Under the pieces are notes generated by a model, which worked only from the letters and a program-made list of their open reading frames with translations, was not told the DNA's origin and did not search any database. The position numbers and the translations under genes were made by a program. From Geosiphon pyriformis uo1 (taxonomy: Eukaryota; Fungi; Glomeromycota), in the NCBI GenBank assembly GCA_016748015.1, contig JAAOMT010000092.1, positions 1-36,958 of the forward strand: DNA of 36,958 nucleotides. Direction: 5' to 3'. Positions 22,070 to 32,890 of this stretch are shown piece after piece (position 1 is the stretch's first letter; every line of letters starts with the position of its first letter).

Positions 22070-25059
22070 GAAAAGTCTTATAGCAAATTGGTTTTTAATA
22101 TAAGTTTTATTTTGATTATAATATTTTATTTGTGAAATATATTCTTTAAAATAAAACTAAACTATAAATAATAACTAACTATAGACTATAATATAGCTAA
22201 TATTAAATAAAAAATTGTTTATCTGTAATTGTTTTTTGCAGTACTAAGTTGGCAAAAAACTAAACATCAAAATAAATCTTAGCCAAATTTGGCTTAAACA
22301 GTCTTTTAGTTAACAAAAAATATCCAAGTATCTATGTAGTTTATTTTTTAAAAAAGCTGTTTTAATATCCTAATTAATAAAAATAGCCACTGTTTTTTTA
22401 TTGTTGATTAAAACATTATTAATTTTAAAAAATTTATTAATAATATCCAAAATATACTGAGTAAAAGCTTAACAAATTCTAATCCAAATTGTGTTATTTA
22501 TAAAGGCATCTATTATAATAAATAACATTTTTTTTTATAGTTTTTTATTTTGTTAATCTTTACAATAAACTTAATATTAATTTAATACTTATATAAATGT
22601 TTTTGTTTTTTGATTTTATATGAAAAAAAAAATTTATCTAAATTTAACTTATTATAAATTCTATAATTACATAAAAACCCAAAATTAATTATTATTTTAT
22701 TTATCTTGTTTTTATATATATTATTAAAAGATTTTATAAACTGATTATATATTTTGATATATTATAAATTAGTTTTTAAATAATACCAACTAATTAAGTT
22801 TTAAGTTTTATATATATTTTATAGAACCAATTAAAGTTTTCTGGTTTTTTTCAAAATATTTTTAAATATTGATTCAATAATAATTACCAGAAACTGAATT
22901 GATTTATTCTTTAAAACCAAAATATTATCTTTATACAGAACACCAAATTTGCTGTAGGTATTTAAAACTTGATCAAATAAAATTTTTCTAATTGTCTTAA
23001 TTAGTACAATAAGCTATATATTTATTAAAATGCTCTTCTAATTATAAGACTTAAAAATTATTGAAATCTATATTTTTTCTAATAAACTAGAATATTACTT
23101 AGAATTAAATAATAATTAAATAAGAATTTAACAGAATTTCAAAACTAAATTGTTATAATGCTTTTAAAGCTTATTAAATATATTAAACAGACTGATTATT
23201 TTGCTATTAAACAAATTACCAATAACTAAAACCAAAATTTTTCATGTTGATTTTTATTATAACACCAGAAAAAAAATTATTATTTATATAATTCATAAGT
23301 ATATATTGGTAAAATTACAGATTCGACAATACTAAAAACAAAACTTGTTTTTATATCTATTTTTTAATAATTCTATTAATTTTATTTATTACTTTATCAG
23401 AGTTCAAAACCAATTTTTTCTCAATTACAAAGTAATTTAAAATTATTTATAAAAAAACTACTTTAAAATACTTTTTATTATGTATCTTTTATTAAAATAA
23501 AAAATGTTTATATATTTTTAGCTGTTTTTAATTTATAATACTTGGATTTTCTATTTTTTTTTAATCAATAATAAATATTTAATAAGATTTTCCAATTTTA
23601 TATTATTTTGAACCAACTTGCTAATTTCAGAAACTTTTTTATCATTAACAGTTAACTAAGTTCTAATAAAATAATTAAATTCAAGTTTGTTACTTAAAAC
23701 TAAACATTTACAATTTTAACTATTAGTTATTTTAACTTAAAAAACTTTTTATTTTTATAAATTTATTCAGTAATATTAAAAACATAGTAGAAAAACAGTT
23801 ATTAAAGTGTGTTTATTTGGTCTTGTTTATATTTTTTATATTAAATTTTTAATGATTTTATTAGTTTGCTTGCAAATACTATTTAAACAAATATTTAAAA
23901 GACTTTTCAAACTAATTGAAACTAAAACTGCTTTATAATTAGTATTAAAAAGCCAAATATAAAGTTAATTCTATAATATAATTGCAAATAAATAATTTTT
24001 TTTTACTAAAACATAATTAATAAATTTTTCAACTTTTTTAGAAATTTTTAAGTAAAAGTTTTGAACAATAAATATTTATTAAAAAAATTAACCAATTTTA
24101 AACTCAAACAAAACTTATAACTTACATTTTTTTTAATCTATTTTTATTAAAATCTCTTTTAAAAACCACAAAAAAGCTGGAATTAACCACTTTAATAATA
24201 AAAAAGTTAATTTTTAATATTTAATTAAACCTAGTTTTAACAAAAACACTAATATACAAACCTAATATTATGACTAAAAGCTTATTTTTAAACAAAAAAT
24301 AAACTAAAATTACCTAATCCAATATTTTTTCTACTTTTAAAACATATTAAGCCAAAAAATTATTCATAATAATAGCCAAACTAGCATCAAAAAATTTTAT
24401 TCACATCAAATATAAAAATTTAAACTCTATTAAATTTATTTATAATTTAAAACTTAATACTAAATATTAATTTTGTTTTTATAATAATCAAAATTATATT
24501 GTTAAAATTTATATGCTACTTAATTATTCTGCTTGGCAAGAACATTTATTTTTTTAAAATTACAAATAACTATTTTCTAAATAAGACTAATTATTAATAT
24601 ATTAAAAAAGAAAATACATTTTAAACCAAAACCAAATTATTAAATTTTATTAGCAAATTGATAATTAAGCTTAACAAATTTTTTAACTGAATTTTTAAAT
24701 TGATTATATTTGAAGATGTTAAAAGACTTAGCTTTATAGTAATTTTATTATTAGTAAATATATTTAAATCTCTTTTATTATTATATCACTTATCTGATTT
24801 TATAATAAAAAAATTATTAGCAATTTACATTTAAAATTAAACTGGAAAACTGTTAACATAAATACATTATTACCAACCAAAATTTGAAATATTAATAAGA
24901 ATAAAATTATTTTTATAATTTTTATTATTAACTAGTATATAAAAAACTTCTTTTTCTTATTTATCCCAAATTTCCAGAAAGAGTCAAAAGTTTTTTGAAA
25001 GAAGTTTTTTTTAATATTCAGTACAATAAAACAAAACCACTTTTTGATTTTGAGGCCTT

Positions 25060-26850
25060 GTTGGCCTTAGTATTGCCATCATAAAGAAGATTGCTAAAGA
25101 ATCTGCTGCTGATGGAAATTTCAAGCCTGTTTTGTTAAAGAAAAAAAGGAAAGATGTTGCTTTAAAAGAGAGCATTGGTGGAAGAAAAGTGTCAATTAAA
25201 GTGCCAAGTGGTCATTCATGGGGTTCTGAGACTGGTGACACCACCAAGTCTGAAAGCATTGATATGAAAGAAAAATGTCTAGTAGAAGAAACTAGCTTTG
25301 ACTACAGTAAAAGTAGAACTTTTGCTGATAAAGATTATGATCAGATGCCTAAAGGACCAGATGTTAAGACTAAGAAAGCTTTGGGCAAGCCATTGGGGAA
25401 GATAGATTTCTCAAGTCGTGATAATGATGATAATGTTTTCTTGGATGTCCCTTTGGATTTTCTCTCTCCTTTGAAGAATTTTGTTTCTGTTTCTGTTAAA
25501 AAGTTTTTTGTTTTGGATATTGGCTTGGATAAAGTGGTTGGAAAATCTTCTTAAGAGAAACTGTTGGTGGTTAAAAGATTGTTTTCAAAAGTCAATGGTT
25601 TTGGGAAGGCCTTTACTCCCTCAAAATTTTCTGGAATCATTTGTGCTTCTTTTACTTCTAAAACTAGCTTGGCACAGGCTATGGAAAAGACAAGAGCAGT
25701 AGACATTTTAGTAAACACCGATCTTAAAAAATCAAATATTTACTTAGATTGGGCTGTAGTGGTTAAGAAAATTCCAGTTGGAACATCGGCTGAAGCTGTA
25801 CATGCTACACTATCTGAGTTTGGGATAATTAAGTTGATCAAAATACTGGTAGAGCTGTGGCAAAAAGCAGTGATGGAATTTGAGCAATTAGATTATGCTA
25901 ATTTGGTTGCAGTTAAGTGGTTTATCTTGATTAGAAAGAATGCCATGCATGTTGCCAGAGCTAATTCAGACAAAAAATCATGGAATGCAAGAGATCATCA
26001 TAGAGCACTGCTTTACATACTGTCAATGGAAACCAATGCTTATAATATTTGGGACTTTGTTAGATCTGTAGGTGGAAAGACATGCATCATTAATTGACAT
26101 CCAGTTATATATGCTCAAGTCAGGTGCACTATTGTTTGTTTTGATTCTGTTATGAGAACCATACTGGTGCTCAGGAGCATTAATTTGTATTGGTCTAATC
26201 TTATGTCTGCCAAATGTACCAAGTATGAGAAAACAGGTCATACATCATTGAATTGTACTAAGAGTAAGAAAATTTTTTCTGGCAGCCCATTGTGTAGAAT
26301 GCTTTTAGATACAAATAAAAGTAGGCTTGTTGCAATTTATGCCAAATGATCTGCTTTAGTTGTTTGTCCTGTTTTTTTTGATAGTCTCTCTTGGGCTAAG
26401 GTAGCTGGTAGATTTTCTTTTCCTCCTCTCTCTGGCCAGGTTGTTTTGCTAAATATTGGCTTCTCTTCAGAGATAAAACCATCTCTACTGGTTGTGACAA
26501 AAATCAATAATAGGTTTGCTGCTCTTGAGCACAGTTTTGCCAGCCTTGCAGAGCATGTTAATATGCTGGCTAAAAAATTGGAAGCACCCAGGCCAATAGT
26601 TTTCCAGCTTAGCCCTGGATGTTAGCCATTGGTGATCTCTTCATCACAGAATCAAGAGGCAGATATAATAATGAGTGAAAGTTTGGGTGTGGTCACTGGT
26701 AATGAGACTGTTGTAAGAGTGGTGATTTTCAATTCTTCTGTTATTGAGAAAATGGAAGACACTTTAAGAAATTTTGCAATTATGGTTATGGGTTTTTTGG
26801 CCAAAATGGACAATGCTGATTTAGTTCTTGCTGCTCTCTTTTTTCAATGA
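25060..26850 (+). pseudogene. LINE ORF1 (nucleic-acid chaperone: RRM-like domains, zinc knuckle, C-terminal coiled coil); start approximate
   Basis: AVVVKKIPVGTSAEAVHATLSEFG…QKAVMEF (RRM-like); CTKYEKTGHTSLNC (decayed CCHC); RFAALEHSFASLAEHVNMLAKKLE (coiled coil). Confidence 0.8.
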
Positions 26851-29800
26851 CGGAGCTAGTGTGGAAGTTTGTTGCATGTAATGTTTGAGGTTTCAACATT
26901 CTTACTAAGCAGAAAAATATTGTTTATTGGCACAAAGAGTCTGAAAATATGGTATCTATCATAACAGAAACTAAATTAAGGTCTAGTATCAAGCCTTGAA
27001 TTGCTAATAAGTTTGAGGGTGTGTGTGTCTTCACGTCTGGCTTGGATAAAGATTTCCTTAGTGCTGGGGTTGCTATAATTATAAACAATTCTTTGGCTTA
27101 CCATGTGTCTAAGATTAAAGAGGTTCCTGGCCAGGTTATTTCAGTTCAGCTTTTGTTTAAAGGCAAGCTTTTGGTTACAGTTCTGGGTTTGTATACTGGT
27201 GCTTCTTCTAAGACCAGATTTGGTCAGGCTTTGGAGGTAAACTCTGTGATTGCAAAAGCTGTTAACTCTAGCACTTTTGTGGTTTTGGGTGGGGATTTTA
27301 ATGAGAATGAGTCTGGTAGGAGTACAACCTTCAGATTCTGTTTGGATCTGGGTTTGGTCAATTTGTTTGCCAATCATCATATAATAAAAGTCCTCACATA
27401 AAGCAATTCATAGGAAGTTGAAAAGACTATCAATTTTATTTTTGTCAGCAGGAATTTTTCTTCTGTTATTGCTGGTTATCAGGTCTGTTCTGTGGCTGGT
27501 TTTTTTGATACTGATCATAATACTGTTTTGGTTTTGATTGGCTTGGGTGGACTCCTAGATGTTTGGTTAAATAGTTTGCACAAACAGGCTAACAAGAATT
27601 ATTGAAAGTTCAAAATCAAAGATGCTAATGGTCCCAAGTGGATTGAATTTAGGGATTGCCTTTCTGCCAAGCTTTTGGCAGTTGCTGATGAATTTTTTGA
27701 TGCTAAAAATCATGGTAATGTGGATGCTATGTAGGTAATTTTGGAAAAGATGGTGGTGAAATCAGCTGACAAGATATTTTTGAGACATTGGTTTAATAAG
27801 TTTTATTGTTCCAGGAATAAATTTTCTTCTAAGTTCTTTGGTTTGAAATTGTTGATTGCCAAAATTGTTAAAAAGTTTGGTTTAGGTGACTTGTCTGAAG
27901 TTAATCATCTCATGAGAACATGGTCAACTTTGGATAGTGTCAAGGCTCGTGCTTTCACTGACTTAATTGACTTGGGTGAAAAGTCTGAGGTGGTTCTTGA
28001 ACATTTATCATTGGTTTATAAAGAATACAGAAGATTTAAGATGTATGAGTCAAGATTGGCTAAGGAGGCTTTTATTAGATTGGTGGTCTTAAAGTGCATG
28101 GGAAATTTCTGCTTTGACAAAGGTAGCATGATCAGGAGCATTTTGGATTGGCCTTTTTGCAAAGTAGTTTAGATCACTTAGTGATGGATAATGAATTAAT
28201 TTTAGAATCTGAGAAAGTAAAACTTAATGTTGATAGGATCATGAAGAGTTGGACTAGAAAACAGACAGTGTTTTTGGTGATACTTGACTTTTGGGCTTAT
28301 CAGTATGCTCCATTGGATTATGTACAGAATTATGTTTTTTCTAGTGTGATGAGTGTTGTTACTTTGAGTGAGTTGCTCTTGGTTGTCGATGGTCTGCCCA
28401 ATGGTAAAGCTGCTAACTTGTCTGGCATCCCTAATGAACTTTAGAAGCATGGTGACAATGAAGTATTGAGATATCTTTTGAGATTGTTGAATGCATGTTT
28501 GTTGGTCAGTAGTGTTTTTGTTTTATGAAGGAGGGCTTGGGTCTTAATAATTCTTAAATCTTACAATTGGGATAGGGTTCTTACAAATATACGGCCTATA
28601 GCTTTGATCGAAACTGCCAGAAAAATTCTCTTCAAGATTCTTTCTAATAAGATCTTTTCTGCATGCAGCAAGTTTGGTGTTCTTCATGGTAATAACTTTT
28701 TTGTTTTGAAGGGTACGTCTATCCAATCTCCTGTGTTTGCAGTTGGTTTAGTTGTCAAAGATGTTCTAGAAAAAGATTGTGAACTTTGGTTGGTCTTTCA
28801 AGACATGTGCAAGGCCTATGATTTTGTAGATTAGCATTACTTGAAGGCTAGCTTATGTTAGATCAAAATATGTAATAAGTTCATCAGATTTTTTGGTGGC
28901 ATATATGGTGATAGGGTTAATAGGGTTATGACCAATTTTGGTCTTACTGATAAATACAAAGTTTGTAATGACTTGGATCAAGGTGAGATTTTTTTGTCTC
29001 TTTTTTGGAGGATTTTCTATGATCCCCTTCTATTTGAGGTTAAGAGGCATAAGCATTTGTATGATTATCAAATTGACACTAAGTTTGTAGCAAAAACTGG
29101 TAGAATTGAGAATAATAGCAGATTATTCTCCTTTTTTGCTGCAGGTACATTTGTGAATGATACAATTTGGGTTGGTAATTGTTAAGCATCAATGCAGTAT
29201 GCTCTGAATATTGCTAGTGAGTTTTTTGCAATCAATGACATTTTTATCAACAATAAAAAGACTGTGGCCATTTCTATTAATCAGAATGTTAAGATAGCTT
29301 TTTTGAACATAAGTGGTTAGCCAATTTCAATAGCTAGAAAGGGTAAGGCTCATAAATACTTGGGTATTTTTTTATCTACTGAAGAGTTGTCTAAGCCGAG
29401 TATGGCCAAAGCTTATTCTGATGTGTGTTTTTTTGTCAAAAAGATTATTACTAACAAGCAATTTTTTTATTTGGTTTTGGCTGTTCTGCAGCCTATTGTT
29501 AGCTACAAGACCCAGTTTAGTTTTGTTTCATTGGGGGTTTGCCACAAGTGGGATGCTATGGTTCAAAAAGGCCTTAAGTCTAAAGCACATTTGCCACATA
29601 ATTTTTCAGTTAAGACATTATATCATCTCTCATTATATGGCTTGAAGTCTTTTGAGCAATTGCAGTCAGAGTGTAAATCAGCTGTTGTGGTTTCATTTTC
29701 CAATGCTTCTGGCATTCTCAAGTGTTTATTCAATCACAGATTTTTGGATTTGCAAGTTCTGAGTTGGGCTTTGCTAAATCCCTTGCAGTTTCTTATTAAG

Positions 29801-30400
29801 TTACATGTTAGTCCTGTAAACAATTTTCTGGCTGGTGTGGTCAAAATTTTCTTGGGTAATGAGCTGTCTTTGACTAACAATCTGCCAAGTGCTTTTCATA
29901 GTCTTGGTGTGTTTCCTATATTTTTTATGTTAGAAAATGCTCTTTACTTTAGCTCAGTTTGTTCATTAAAACATTTTGGTGTCACTTTTGGTGATAGACT
30001 GTTTAATAAAAAGAGTCGTGTGATAAATTGAAAGACCTTTTGTCGTTGGAAGAGATTGGATCCAAAAGGCTCTGTTCTTTTTTGGTTTGTGGCTGTTTCA
30101 AAGTTTTTGTTAAATATGGACTTTTCATTGGTTGTCTCTACTGGGAATGGTATTTTACCTAAGCTGAATGTTTTGAATTCCATAGAGTTCTCTAATATTT
30201 AAAGTGGTTTGCATGAAATATGGTCCAGTTCATTTGACATCTACACAGATAGTTCTTTAAGAGATGCTGGGATTGCTGATGTTGCTGGTGGTACAACTGC
30301 ATATTTTTTTTCTGTGAATCTAAGTGTTGGTGTTAAGGTTTAAGGTCTATTGTCTTCTACTTTATCTGAATTGCAGGCAGTTGCTCTGGCATTGGAATTG
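26847..30400 (+). pseudogene. LINE ORF2: APE endonuclease, RT, partial RNase H
   Basis: MTELVWKFVACNV*GFN, ITETKL, AGVAII, LGGDFN, TINFIF, DTDH (APE); RPIALIE, QDMCKAYD, LDQGE, FVNDT (RT); YTDSSL…SELQAV (RNase H). Confidence 0.93.
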
Positions 30401-32261
30401 TAAGTGTGCTAGTTTCAGAAAATGTCTTGATTTAAGATTGGTAAATTTTCTGTCAGGTAGTTCAGTTGCAAAATGTTCTACATAGAAAAATTTGAGAAGT
30501 TCCATGAAGACTATAGATTATATGTTCATTTCCTCAAATTTGGCCAATATGATGGTTAAGTTATAATGTTTTGGATGTTAGCAAATACTTTGATACTAAT
30601 CACCAATCTGTCTTTGTGTCTGTAAGTTTAAGTGGATTTTTAGATTCATAGTTGAACTCTCTTTGCAAACAAGCAAATAAGAATTAGTAAAAGCTTGATT
30701 TTAAGGGTGCTGATAATAATAAATAGGACACTTTTTGATGTATCATATTAACCAATGCTGTAATGTTCTTAAACAAGTTTGCTGTCTCCATAAAACTTTT
30801 GAATTTAGACACTATGTGGAATATTGTTTGCAAAATTGTGACTTTCTTAGCTGATAAAACTTTCAAGAAAATATGATTTAAGAGTTATGATTGTGTGTTT
30901 ATTAAGAGATCTTTCAAGTTTTATAAGCTAGAGTTGTTGGTGTTCAAGCTGGTTAAGGCTTTTTATTTAGTTTCTAGTGGGGAGTTTTCATATTTGATGG
31001 ATACATAGGACAAACTTAACACTGTTGGTGCATCAGCAGTAAAATCTTTTTTTTTTAGGTTCTAATTTTGACTTAATTTGATTGACTTTAACTAAGATAA
31101 AGAAGTCTTATCACTCTTTTAAGATGCTAGAATCCAGATGTACAGAAAAGTTTTGCATCAAGACAGCTGTTAATAAAAGGACAGAAAATTTTAAATTGAA
31201 CAAAGATTACATTATTAGAAGTGTTTTGAAGCATTTCTTTTATAAAGTAGTGCTGGATCACTTGGTTGCAAATAATAAGTTGGTTCTGGAGCCCAATTTA
31301 GTTAAATCTAAGATAGACAAGATCATGAAAAGTTGGACTAGGAAGCATAGGATGGTGGCTGATATTTTTGATAATTGGTCTTGCCAATACTGGCCTTTGA
31401 ATTATGTTTTCAATGGTGCTTTTTCTGATGTAATATGTTTAATTATGTTCAATAAAATGTTTGCTGTAGTTTCAAATCTGCCATATGGGAAAGCTGCCAG
31501 TCTTTCTGGCATCTTAAATGAGTTGTAAAAACATTGTAATAAGTTAGTGTTGAATATGCTGTTGGTGCTTTTGAATTTTTATTTGATTTGTAAATTGGTG
31601 TCTGGACCTTAAAAAAAGACTTGGGTCTCAATGATTCTCAAATATTATAAATAGGAGGGCATTCTTACAAACACCTATCCTATTGCTCTAATTGAAACAG
31701 CCTACAAAGTTTTTTTCAAAATTTTTTCTGACAGAATTTCTCTGGCTTGCAGCACTTTTGATGTTTTCTGTGGTGACAACTTTTCTGTTTTAAGAGATAC
31801 AATGACACAATCTCCTATTTTTGCTATTGGTTCTGTTATTAAAGATGTATTGAAGAAAAATTGGGAACTATAGCTGGTTTTGCAAAATATGTATAAGGTC
31901 TATAACTCTGTTAAATGGGAACATCTTAGGAAAAGTTTGACTAGAATCAAGATATGTAAAAAGTTTATTAGATTTTTCGAAAGTCTTCACAATGGTTGCA
32001 TTAACAGAGTAATAATGGATTTTGGCTTGACTAATGGGTATTGTGTTTATAATAGGTTAGATTAAGGAAAGATATTTTTACTTCTTCTTTGGTGCATATT
32101 CTATGATTTGCTTTTGTATGAAGTTAAAAAGCAAGAGAGTGTATGTGATTATAGATTAAATTCTTACTTTATTTTTAAAACTGGTGTTACTTATAGAATA
32201 TAAGAAGTATAGTATTATTAGTTAGTAAATATTAGCCAATTAGAAGTAGAAATAGTAAATG

Positions 32262-32430
32262 TGGAATTTTAGGATTCCTTTCAAAGGAATTGCAGGATTC
32301 CAGAAATTTCAGGATTCTCTGGCAAAGAATTGCAGGATTCCAAAATTTCAGGATTCCCCTCATCAGGAATTGCAAGATTCCAGAAATTCCAGAATTTCTG
32401 TCACAAGGAATTGAAGAATTGAGGAATCTC
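32262..32430 (+). repeat. U3 tandem repeats (ggaattgcaggattccagaaatt-like) of the type-2 LTR
   Basis: Several copies here; variable number also at 9075-9160 and 16550-16715. Confidence 0.8.
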
Positions 32431-32720
32431 AAATATATATATATAGCAGTAGTGTTAGTAGCAGAAAAGACAGAATTGATATCACAGAATCCTTAACCTA
32501 GAAACCCAATCATCAAATAAATAATTATTCCATACTACAAACTTCTTTTCATTATCAACATTTCATGTTGATAATAATCTATACTTAACCACACTAGAAC
32601 AATAGCTCTTAATCATGACTATTAACAGAATACTAACTAAATCGCCTTGGCTTATTTCTTATTTCATTTATTTTCTTTTCTCTTTTGATTTTCTTTGATA
32701 CTACTAACTGGATTAAAAGA

Positions 32721-32890
32721 TTTACTCTTGGAAGACTTACGGAGAAATAAACTTAATTAAACCAATACTTACTCTTGGAAAACTTATGGAGGAATAAAAC
32801 TTATTTAAACAATACTTACTCTTAAAGAACTTATAAAGGAATAAAACTTGATTAAACCAATACTTACTTTTGGAGGACTTATGGAGAAAC
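32721..32890 (+). repeat. ~47-48-bp tandem repeat, ~3.5 copies, in the solo LTR U5
   Basis: tacttactcttggaRRacttaYggagRaataaaacttRNttaaaccaa units. Confidence 0.85.

Larger units (their letters stand above)
24941..30400 (+). mobile_element. LINE with intact 5' end, ORF1 and ORF2 up to mid RNase H
   Basis: 5' end shared with 21487; ORF1 then APE-RT-RNase H; breaks at ALALE. Confidence 0.93.

Noticed and set aside
22070-24940. Transposase or host gene in the AT desert
   Set aside because: No ORF of 60 aa or more and no recognisable motif; too decayed to call.
32581-32625. U1 snRNA-derived segment (atactta.cc…gatcacg-like loop)
   Set aside because: Only short partial matches; no GAUCACGAAG loop, Sm site or other U1 stems.
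32721-32890. CRISPR-like repeat array
   Set aside because: Contiguous tandem units with no unique spacers, inside a eukaryotic LTR; no cas genes.
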